Assembly: GCA_043228905.1 (NCBI GenBank)
Contig: JBHGNT010000013.1
Location: 7,626,001-7,690,000 of the forward strand
Direction of reading: 5' to 3'
Length of the DNA stretch: 64,000 bases
From: Azolla caroliniana
Lineage: Eukaryota; Plantae; Polypodiophyta
Part shown: positions 50,079-61,376 of the stretch, in pieces
Layout: every line of letters begins with the position of its first letter
How positions within the stretch are numbered: position 1 is the stretch's first letter
Program-made: the position numbers and the translations under genes
Notes under the pieces: model-generated
Database searches by the model: none
Told to the model about the DNA's origin: nothing
The model's input: only the letters and a program-made list of their open reading frames with translations

Positions 50079-53000
50079 GGCCAGTCCGAAATCGAATTCT
50101 TCAGCCGATTCCTCATCACGGTCACCTCCGCTCCTTTCACACTCTTGTTCCTATTCTTCCCTTCTCCCCCTCAAGTTCGGCGTGTCGAGGTGATGCAATC
50201 CTAGCTCACCCGAGAAATGCCGCAACTTGTCGAGACCAAGAGGCTTGGTGAAGATGTCGGCAACCTGCCGATCTGTCAGAAGATACGCTAGTTCAACTTC
50301 ATCTGAAAGGACCCGCTCGTGGACAAAATGGTAATGCACCTCAATGTGCTTGGTCCGGGTGTGGAACACGGGGTTTTTCGCAAGGTGGATACTACTGAGG
50401 TTGTCACAAAAGATCGTCGTCGGATCAGACACCTCTACATGCAGATCCCATAATAGTCATATTAGCCAAATGACTTCGCATGTAGCGATAGTCGCCCCTC
50501 GATACTCGGCCTTCGTGCTCGACAGTGCTACTGTCGGCTACTTCTCACTGCTCCATGCAATCGCCGCACTGCCTAGATAGAATGCGTATCCGGATGTGGA
50601 TCTACGATCGTGGGCATTTTCGGACCAATCGGCATCCGTGTAGCCGACTAACTGTTCGGCTACGCCTGCCCAATAAAACAACGCCATGTCTTTCGTGCCG
50701 CTGACATAACGTAGTATCCTTGCGTGCACTGAAAGTGTTCAGCCGTAGGCTGCGACATGAATTGACTGATTAGGCCAACTGGATAACTAAGATCCAGCCG
50801 AGTAATCGTCAGATAGATAAGGCTTCTAACAATCTATCGGAACTGTGTCGGGTAGCACGCCTTCCTCGAATCTCAACGAAGCTTTGTGTTTCTATCCAAA
50901 GGGGTCGAGATGGGCTTACAGTCTGCCATCCTGAACTTGAAGAGCATATTCAGTGCGTAATGACGCTGGCTCATCAATATGCCTTCGGGGGTACGGATCA
51001 CTTCGATCCCGAGGAAGTAATGAAGGTCTCCGAGAGCCTTCATTTCAAATGATGCCACAAGGTGAGACTTCACATGGCGGGTTTCGTCAAGGTCGGCATC
51101 GGCGATGACTAAATCATCAACGTACAAGAGGAGGCTGACTGGTCCATATTGACCTTGCCGAACAAATAGAGAAGAGTCCGATTTCGACGGCGCAAACCCC
51201 ATCCTACGCAATTGTTGCGTAATCTTTGTGTTCCAAGCTCGTGGGGCTTGCTTTAGTCCATATAAGGACTTCTTCAACCGGTAAACTGCTGAGGTGTTTT
51301 GTTCGGATAGAAATCCGGGGGGTTGTACCATGTACACCTGCTCCTCAAGATCACCTTGCAAGAACACATTCTTTACATCCATCTGATGTAAGTGCCACCC
51401 CTTTGCCGCTGCTACGGCTAGTAGGACTCGCACGGTAGTCATCTTCGCGACAGGCGTGAAGGTCTCGTCATAGTCCACACCATGCTTCTGAGCGTAGCCT
51501 TTTGCTACTAAACAGGCGTTGTAGCGGTTGACAGAGCCATCGATGTTGTATTTCACCTTATACACCCATCTACATCTGATTGGCTTTACACCCTTTGGTA
51601 CGTCAACTAGGTCCCAGGTTTCATTCTCCGATAATGCGCGCATCTCTTCCTCCATTGCGGCACGCCAGTTCACATCTTCCGCCGCTTCTGCGTAGCTCTC
51701 CGGCTCACGCACTTCCGCCACTTGCGTCATGTACGCATAATGGTGCACCATGTACTCATTATATCTGTATCTCTTTACGGGGTTTTTCAGGCGGGTAGAT
51801 CGGCGTAATTCGTGATTACCCGATTTCATGACCTTTTCGGCTACTGTCGACCTCTTTCGTGGAGGTTCCTTTTTAGTTTGCCCGTAGTCAGACTCGCTCC
51901 GATCTGACTCGGCACTACTAAAGTCGTATTCCGGCATTTTCTTCTTGCCCTTCTCCTTGCATGTAAATTGTCTCCTCTGTTCTTTATGCGGGGACATCAC
52001 GGTTGAGTCTCCACTACTCGCCATCTTTTCAATAGGTTGGCCATTTCGGCCCAACCCCTCATTCGGCCCACTGAGCCGAAATGAGATCGGACTCTTTCTC
52101 AAAGCTCCAATTTCCTCATCATGCAGAGGCATCTCAGCCTCGCTGACTTCTTCCTCAGAATTCGAAATGGAGTCTTGAGGTACTTGGAGGTGAAGGCAAG
52201 TACCACGAAGTGGACTCATCGAACACGACGTCACAACTTATAACACTTATACCCTTTCTGCTCATCTGAATAGCCAAACAAGATAAATTTCTCAGCTTTA
52301 GCATCCAGTTTCCTCCTTTTCTCCTTCGGCACGTGCACATACGCGATGCTGCCGAAAATCCTCAAGTGTGCCAAGTTCGGCTTCTTCCCACAATTCAGCT
52401 CATGTGGCGACACTCCTCCATTAGCAGAAGTCCAATTTTGCAGGTAGAAAGCCGTCTTCACGGCTTCAGCCCAATAGAATTTCGGCATATGCTTCTCTTT
52501 AGGCATTTCCTTGGCCGCTTCTTCAATCATCTGATTATTCCGCTCGGCCACGCCGTTCTGCTGCAGCGTGTATCTACACGAGAATTCGTGTCGAATTCCC
52601 TCCTTCTGTAGATAACTTGTGAACTGCTCGGAGAAATACTCCTTCCTGCCATTGGACCATAGGCATTTGGTCTTATGCCTTGTTTCACTTTTTGCAAGGC
52701 TCTTCACCTTCAGGAAACATGCGAAGACTTCGCTCTTCTTCGCGATTGTGCATACCCACGTGTGCCGAGTGAAGTCGTCGATGAAGGTTACAAAGTAATG
52801 GCTTCCACCGAGACTCATGTTTTGTGCCAGACCCCATACATCCAAATGGATCAAATCCAACGGACTTCGACTGCAATTACGCTCATTGGGGAATGGAAGT
52901 CGAGGTTGTTTTCCCATATGACAGGCTTCACAAACTTGGCCATTACGGCCCCGAAATTTCGGCAAGCCGAAAACAATGTTCGTTGTCTACATCTCACGAA

Positions 53001-53199
53001 GCCGTGGGAAATTTACATGGCCAAACCGCTTGTGCCACAAGTCGATATCCGATTCGACCTTTTGTCCTTTCACGTACAACGTAGTGCCGACTTGATTAGT
53101 GTCGAGGATAAACATCCTCCCTTCACGGCGCCCTTGTGCGATCACTTTGCCTTCCTCTTCTATGAAGCAGCCGAGGTGCATGAATCGAACTTGCATACC

Positions 53200-53496
53200 T
53201 GTTGGGATTACGGTCCCTCCGGATGGGATGGTCAGATGTCCGAGAACCGGATGATGAAGACCCCGGCTACGGAGCCGGATGATGAAGACCCCGGCTACGG
53301 AGCCGGATGATGAATGTACCCGGAGAGAGATCCGGATGCGGGGACATATTTGTGAATATGTTTGCCAAGGGCCCTTGAGGCTATATTTGTAAATAGCCCG
53401 AAAGTCATATGTGTATAAATATGACTTAGGGCAAACAGTTTTGTTGTTGTTCCTCATTTTTCTGTTTTCCACTTAGAGGGAGCGAAGTGAGAGCAG

Positions 53497-53527
<31 letters not shown>

Positions 53528-56500
53528 GAAGAGGTCGTTGCCTCTGTGTATTACCGCCGCCTGTGGCGAAGACAGTGAGCACAAGGTTGTTGCCTTGTAG
53601 CTTCACCATTGTACATCCCTGTTTATAGTGATGGTTGGAGTCTGAGGACTCCCGTGGTTTTTCCCATTTAGGGTTTTCCACGTAAAACATTCTGTGTACT
53701 CTTCTCTCTATTGTCTCGTGCATTTTGTATTTCCTATTTTCTGAGAGTTGATCCTATTCCTTGGTTGTGGCCGAGCACCGTGTTTAACAAAGTGGTATCA
53801 GAGCAAGGTTAACACAGAAAATGGAAGGCGGCGGTAGTGGGCCTCCGGGCATGATGGTGTTGAACTCACAGAACTACGCCGACTGGAAGATAAAGATGGA
53901 AGACCTTCTCATCGTCCGAGACCTATACGAACCGATCGACAATGCCGAGATACCCAAGGGGGTAATAGAGTCGGAGTGGAAGCTCCTGAACCGGAAAGCC
54001 GTAGCGACGATCCGGCAATACGTCGATGTAAGTGTTCTGCAACATGTGGCGAACGATACGAACGCCTATGAGATGTGGCAGAAGCTGTCCGGACTTTATG
54101 AGAGGAAGAATGCTCTGACCCGGACCTCCCTGATGAGGAAGATAGTGACTCTTAAGTACCGGGACGGCGAGAGCATGGTCGAACACATCAGCACGTTCAT
54201 GGGATTCGTGAACCAGCTTGCGGCGATCAAGTTCCCGTTGGATGACGCAATGCAAGCCATCATGCTGATGTGTACCCTTCCGGAGAGCTGGGAGAACTTG
54301 GTAGTTACTCTCAGCACCTCCTGTAAGGAAGAGAACTTGTCCTTACTAACGGTAAAGACAAGTATTCTAAATGAAGAAGCGCGTCGGAGAGATAAAGAAC
54401 CGGCCTCCGACTCGAAGGCGCTGCTTACCGAATCGGAACGGGGAAGACAACGGAACCGGAGTCCGCAAAGACGGGAGAAGTCGGGGACACAGTCGCAGTC
54501 GAGGGGAAGACCTACATGCTTCTACTGTGGGAAGCCGGGGCACTTCCAGAAGAACTGTCGGCATTTCCGGAAAGACAACGGAACCGACGGTACCGATTCG
54601 AAGAAGTCAATGGAGCGAAACGGTGCATACCGGGGAGCCACGGACCGGAGAGGTCCGGATCGGCGAGGGCAGGACCGGAAAGGAACGACGGCACTCGCGG
54701 CAAGTGAAGAAGAGATAATGCTCATTACCGAAGAGAGGGAGCTGAACCTTGCCGGTGAAGAGATGACCTGGGTGGTCGATTCCGGAGCGTCGTTCCACCT
54801 GACCCCGGAGAAGAAATACTTCTCATCCTACACAGCCGGTGAGCACGGCTGTGTCCGGATGGGAAATGAAGGTACATGCCGGATTGCCGGCATAGGAGAC
54901 GTGTGGCTGATGACATCAACCGGATGCAAGATGCTGCTGAAGGATGTCCGACACGTTCCGGAGGTTCGATTGAACCTGATTTCGGCCGGGAGGCTAGACG
55001 ATGAAGGCTACACGGGTAGCATCCGGAACGGTGTCATGAAGTTCAGCAAAGGGAGCCTGATAGTGGCTCGGGCCCGGAAGGTCAACACACTGTACCTGAT
55101 GAATTCCCGGCTATGTCCGGAGGAGCTGAACGTGGCAGCTGACACTGCCGGTGAGCTGTGGCACAAGAGACTGTGCCACATGAGCGAGAAGGGGATGAAG
55201 AGGCTTGCAGAAGACAACCTTATTCCAGTGAAGCATGTGCATCTGGAGAAGTGCACCGATTGCCTGGCCGGTAAGCAGAACCGAGCCTCCTTCCACTCAA
55301 GGCCACCGACGAGACGTAGCGCACCATTGGAGTTGGTGCACACTGACGTGTGTCAAGTAGAAACGAAGTCACATGGCGGAGCCCAGTACTTCGTGACATT
55401 CATTGATGACCACAGGCGGAAGCTGTGGACGGCACCGTTGAAGACAAAGGACCAAGTGTTGTGCGTCTTCAAAGAACTCCACGCGAGAGTGGAAAGAGAA
55501 TCCGGCAAGAAGCTGAAAGCGATACGAGCGGATAACGGAGGGGAATACCGGGGGCAGTTCGAGGAGTACTGTCGCTCGAAGGGAATCCGGCTCGAGTTTA
55601 CTGTGCCGAAGACGCCGGAACTGAACAGGCTGGCCAAGAGGATGAACCGGACCATAATGGAGAGGGTCCGGAGTATGCTAGCACATGCGAAATTACCCAA
55701 GGGATTTTGGGCTGAGGCAATGTCGACGACGATGTATGTGATAAATAGATCACCCTCAGTACCTTTGGACGGAGACACGCCGCAGAAAGTGTGGACCGGT
55801 AAGGAAGTGTCCTACCGGCATCTGAAGGTGTTCGGGTGTCTCGCATACGTGCATGTGGCAAAGGACCGGAGAGGAAAGTTAGATCCAAAGACCCGGCCAT
55901 GCATATTCCTCGGTTACGGCGACGACGAGTTCGGCTACCGAGTATGGGACCCGGTCGACAAGAAGATATTCAGGAGTCGAGATATCGTCTTCATGGAGGA
56001 CAAGACACTCGCCGACTGGGAGTCAGAGAAGAAGATGAAGAGCTCCAAGTCGACTGGTGAGGATCAACTCTAAGAGGAGCAGTCCCGACCGGCAAGGGAC
56101 CGGTTAGCACTCGAGGATCCGACCGAAGACGGTGAAGAAACAGAACCGGCCGAGGAAGATGAAACTGATACCGGAACCGGCCCCGATCCCGAAATGGATT
56201 CGGATGAAGAGGAAACGGAGGAGCCGGTTACCGAAGCTCCGGAACGGAGATATCCTCTAAGAGAGAGAAGGCCCCCCCGGACATTTCCGGAACCAGAGCA
56301 CGTGCTGCTAACCGACGAGGGGGAGCCGGAGAGTTTTGAAGAAGCAAAGCTTGACACCCATAGCCGCAGGTGGTTAAGTGCCATGCAGGAGGAGATGGAT
56401 TCCCTGCATGAGAACCACACATATGAACTTGTGGAGTTGCCGAAAGGAAAGCGGGCACTTCGAAACAAGTGGGTGTTCAAGCTGAAACCGGGAGATGCTG

Positions 56501-58173
56501 GAAACCCCCCGAGATACAAAGCCAGGATCGTGGTGAAGGGGTTCCAGCAGAAGAAGGGCGTCGACTTCGACGAGATATTTGCCCCGATAGTGAAGATGAC
56601 CTCCATCCGGACGGTGCTGAGCATAGCGGCAAGCATGGACCTCGAGGTAGAACAGATGGACGTGAAGACGGCATTCCTTCACGGTGACCTCGAAGAAGAG
56701 ATCTACATGCAGCAACCGGAAGGATTCGAGAAGAAAGGGAAGGAGCACCTGGTATGCCGGTTGAAGAAGAGCCTTTACAGACTGAAGCAGGCTCCCCGGC
56801 AATGGTACCAGAAGTTCGACTCTTTCATGACCGACGAAGGGTACCACAAAACGCAGTCCGATCACTGCGTGTTTGTGAAGAAGTTCGAAGGAGTAGACTT
56901 TCTAATACTCCTCCTGTACGTGGACGACATGTTGATCGTCGGACGGGACCAGGTCAAAATACGGATGCTGAAGAAAGCGCTTCACCGAACCTTCTCAATG
57001 AAGGACCTGGGTCCGGCGAGGCAAATACTAGGGATGCACATCATCCGGGACCGGAAGAAGAAGCAGTTGTGGCTGTCACAGGAGAAGTACGTGACAAAGG
57101 TGCTTCACCGGTTCAACATGTCGGAAGCAAGACCGGTCGGGTCAACCCTCCCGGCAAACTGCAAGTTGTCCAGCAAGCAAAGCCCCAAGACAAAGGCTGA
57201 GAAGGAGGACATGATGAAAGTACCATATGCCTCTGCCGTCGGAAGCTTGATGTACGCAATGGTGTGTACAAGACCGGACATAGGATATGCAGTCGGAGTG
57301 GTGAGCCGGTACATGAGCAATCCCGGCAAAGAGCACTGGAACGCGGTCAAATGGATACTCCGATACTTAAAGGGCACTTCGAACATGTGCCTCCGATTCG
57401 GCTCCGGTAAGCCCGAACTCGATGGATTTACCGATTCGGACATGTCAGCTGATGCGGATACTAGCCGGTCTACATCTGGGTATGTAATGACGAATGCAGG
57501 GGGAGCTGTTTCGTGGCAGTCGAGGCTGCAGAAGACGGTTGCGTTGTCAACCACGGAGGCGGAGTACATGGCGGCTGTTGAAGCCGGCAAGGAAATAATA
57601 TGGATAAAGGACTTCATTAGAGAGCGCGGTATCCAGCAGGAGGAGTACCGACTCTACTGCGACAGTCAGAGTGCCATCCACCTTGCGAAGAACGTGGCCT
57701 ATCACTCCCGGACGAAGCACATCCAGCGAAGATATCACTGGATCCGGGAAAGGATAGAAGACCAGGAGTTCGTGCTGACGAAGATCCACACGGACGAGAA
57801 CGGGTCAGATATGTTGACCAAAGTGCTCACACCCGACAAGCTGGAAGCGTGCCGGAAGAGGGTCGGACCGGAAAGACATCCCATGCCGAAGTGAAGGGGG
57901 AGTTTGTTGGGATTACGGTCCCTCCGGATGGGATGGTCAGATGTCCGAGAACCGGATGATGAAGACCCTGGCTACGGAGCCGGATGATGAATGTACCCGG
58001 AGAGAGATCCGGATGCGGGGACATATTTGTGAATATGTTTGCCAAGGGCCCTTGAGGCTATATTTGTAAATAGCCCGAAAGTCATATGTGTATAAATATG
58101 ACTTAGGGCAAACAATTTTGTTGTTGTTGCTCATTTTTCTGTTTTCCACTTAGAGGGAGCGAAGTGAGAGCAG

Positions 58174-58212
<39 letters not shown>

Positions 58213-58474
58213 GAAGAGGTCGTTGCCTCTGTGTATTACCGCCGCCTGTGGCGAAGACAGTGAGCACAAGGTTGTTGCCTTGTAGCTTCACCATTGTACA
58301 TCCCTGTTTATAGTGATGGTTGGAGTCTGAGGACTCCCGTGGTTTTTCCCATTTAGGGTTTTCCACGTAAAACATTCTGTGTACTCTTCTCTCTATTGTC
58401 TCGTGCATTTTGTATTTCCTGTTTTCTGAGAGTTGATCCTATTCCTTGGTTGTGGCCGAGCACCGTGTTTAACA
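53200..58474 (+). mobile_element. full-length Ty1/Copia family A, copy 2
   Basis: LTRs 53200-53789 and 57905-58474 (differ by one 28-bp unit, 4 GA units and ~4 substitutions); TSD ATACC/ATACC; PBS 53793-53804; PPT 57893-57904. Confidence 0.98.
53821..57894 (+). pseudogene. Copia gag-pol with TAC>TAA nonsense at 56071-56073
   Basis: Collinear with copy 1, which has Y at this codon. Confidence 0.95.
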
Positions 58475-60249
58475 ATACCTTGGTCGACGATCTGTCCGAT
58501 CGACACAAGGTTCTTGGTTATTGTCAGGACGTGCAATACATTCATGAGTTTCCCTTTCTGCCCGACGTGGCTGAGGGGAACTTCTCTGACATGTTCGATG
58601 GTATGCAGAGTGTCGTCTCCCGTTTCGACCACTACTTGCGATTCCGGTTTCTCCAAGTACGAGAACCATTCCTCGTGACTCGTTATATGATTTGACGCTC
58701 CAGAATCAACATACCACACCTTGCTTGATTTCGAGGTGTTCACGATCATAGAATTGGCCTTATGCTTCATTATGAAGGTTGGGCCCGATTTGTTTTCGGC
58801 TTGTTCAGAGCCTTCTGCGTAGTGCGATTTCTGACGCCTCTTTGTGTCTCTTCTACTTGATCCGTCTTTGTCCGAATCGGCTCTCTTTTTCCAGCACTCG
58901 CTCTCCTTGTGGCCCGTTTTGCCACAGTACCAGCATTCTAACGCGGCCTTCTCTTGCCGGCTTCTGGCGCCGCCAAGACTCCCCCTGCTTGTGGAGGGTC
59001 CGGAATTGTTGTCGACACATCGATTATGCCACTTGTTCTGCTCTTGTCGGCCGCTTCCATTGCGCGCCGATCTGCCTTGTCCACCATGACCACGGGGCCT
59101 GTATTCCTCCATGTACAACATCTTGTTGTCGGCGTGCATACTCGTCGAAGCACCCATGTGATTTTCCTTCACGAGCAACATTCACTGAAGCTCGAAGAAC
59201 GAAGGCATATCCTCCCTCGTACAGACCACCAATCGGAAGGCTCCGAACCTGGACGCTAGCCCACCAAGGCAAAGCTGCATTATTTCATCTTCCTCAACGT
59301 TCATGTTGACGGAAGCGAGAGAATCACAGATTTCCTTGATTCGGGACATGTAATCAGCCACAGACAGATCTTTCTGCCAGACATTGCTTAGCTCCTGCTT
59401 GAGTTACAGCTTCCTGGCTGTTGTGCTTGCGGTGAAAATCTTTTTGAGATTCGCCCACGCTGCCTTTGGCGTCTTAGCATCCCGAATATAGCTCAATAGC
59501 TGGTCGCTCACATAGGATGCAAAGTAGTAGAGAACTCAGCTTGCCGTAAAATCTCTGTGTCGAATCGAGTGCTACATCATTAGCTCCTTCGACATAACTC
59601 CAGTAGCCATGGCCAAGCAGGTACTAGTGCATCTTGTACGACCAAGATGCGTAGTGGCTCCTGTCGAGCTTCTCAGTCGGTAGCGAGCTTCCCATACCTC
59701 TGTCCATATTGTTGTCTTTTTCTTTTCCGAACAAAAAACAAAGAACAACTTCAACTCTGTTTTGTCGCAAGTTTTTCTTGTCGGCTGCAGAGGACTTCAA
59801 CCCTCACGCTCTAATACCATCTAAAAGAATAGCGTGTATGGAAGCATATGCGAAATACAAAGTACACAGTTCGGAGGAATAAGATAGTTCGGTAGAACAC
59901 AGAAAACGCGGAGATGGAGAGGGAGAGGGAGAGACAGAGAGAGAGAGAGAGCAGACAACAGAAAACTCTAATTCAAAATAGTGACTCTCTGTGTACATAC
60001 ACCGTGCACAGTGAGCACCTTTTATACAAGCCATGACAATCGGGCTGACACAAGTACTGACAGTACTTGACACTCATAAGTGAGCCGCAATACTCACTCC
60101 CAAAATTATTCCTTTCGAGGAATATCTTTCTAACGGCCTATTGTGTGCACGATTTTACGCACCCACTTTACGCACTGGGTTACGCACCCAATTATGTACC
60201 GAATGTTGAGCTTGTCTCTCAACACTTTCCCTAAACCATGGTCTTTCTC

Positions 60250-60640
60250 AAATACCCCATCTTCTGCATCTTCTTCTTCACCATCTGAGTCTCCTGTGGA
60301 GTCGAGATTTGTCACAAATTTCCATCTGACGAGCTTTTCGGAGACGATCCATTGTGCTTTGGGAGTGTTACCACCAACATGGCGATAAAGCTTGGCGGTC
60401 TGCTTGGTAGCACCTATAGCGACATTAGGAGTGCGAGAGCCGTGGAGTGAGAGAGCTGGGACTTAGATCTGCCATGAGTGATGGCGATGGCGAAGCATTC
60501 TGTGTAGTGGAGGGGGGATAAAAAGCAGTGGAAGAGGGCGTGGTTTCAGAGAGTTGGGTGGGTGTAGAGGAATTGGAGGATGAGTCATCTTCGCTGTCTG
60601 ATACGGATAAGGTCCCTTCTCTACTGTTGGAAGCTCCCAT
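60250..60640 (-). pseudogene. DEM: N-terminal fragment of a DEM/CYPRO4 (VID27-family) gene, frameshifted near 60455
   Basis: MGASNSRE..SDSE.. then ALSL..TAKLYRHVGGNTPKAQWIVSEK..WKFV..acidic tract; resembles plant DEM as I recall it (MGA.HSRE.., KLYLHVGGNT..KW.VS.K). Confidence 0.7.
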
Positions 60641-60829
60641 GGAGGATTTATGGTGAGGAGGAAGCTCGGTAGGCAAGAAGGCAGACAGTAGAGAGCTGCA
60701 AATGGAGAGACAGAGAGATGGATAGAATCAAAAACACACACAAAGAGATCCGCAGATACACAAAGATGAGATTATACTCAGAGAAATACATAGAGAAATG
60801 CTTAGGCAGAATACACATATATAGAGAGA

Positions 60830-61261
60830 GAGAGGGACTTCCTCTCAAGGGAGGAAAGGATGAGTTAGGAGAGAGCGAGGGAGGGAGAGAGTGACCTCTT
60901 CTCAAGGGAGGTTGGCCGTTCAAGCGTGCCAAAAGTGTTGTTGGGGTGGGGGGTGAAGCCTAGAATGGCTTCACCCCCCTCCCAAGAGGGTTAATTTAGA
61001 GAGAGAACGAGAGAGAAAGACAAATAGAAAATGACACCAAGTGAGGGGGGAAAAATCTCTTTCTATTATGTGCCCCATAAGGGGTTTTTATAGTACATAA
61101 TGTAATGGTAAATAATGACCGTTACAAAAAGAAGACCGTTACACTCTTGTCAGATGCACATAATTGTGCATGTGCTCACACATACTCATCCTCACACTCT
61201 CGTATACATATTACATATTACACACCACACCATACACATTACACCCTATTCATCCCGTACA
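60830..61261 (-). mobile_element. truncated Gypsy-type LTR related to 39120-39566
   Basis: Starts TGTACGGG on the minus strand; TATA-like CTATAAAAACCCCTTATGGGG; shared blocks with the 39120 LTR. Confidence 0.55.
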
Positions 61262-61376
61262 CCTATATGGATAACAGATACCAATTTTAAAGTGTTGAGT
61301 TTGTGGCGATTTAGTATTGCTTTGATTTTTTCTTCGCCCATACTTGTGTTGTATTGTGCCACGGCCAATTGCTTTT

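Larger units (their letters stand above)
47721..60224 (-). mobile_element. decayed Copia family B (5' LTR 59820-60224; truncated 3' LTR 47721-48049) hosting the PLE and Copia A copy 2
   Basis: LTR similarity; PBS 59808-59819; TSD CTTTT/CTTTC; gag-PR at 58480-59707 and INT-RT-RH at 50079-53194. Confidence 0.85.

Noticed and set aside
39120-61261. Giant TIR element bounded by the inverted 39120 and 61261 repeats
   Set aside because: Similarity is patchy, both start with TG and contain TATA boxes like LTRs, and there is no TSD; better read as two independent LTRs.
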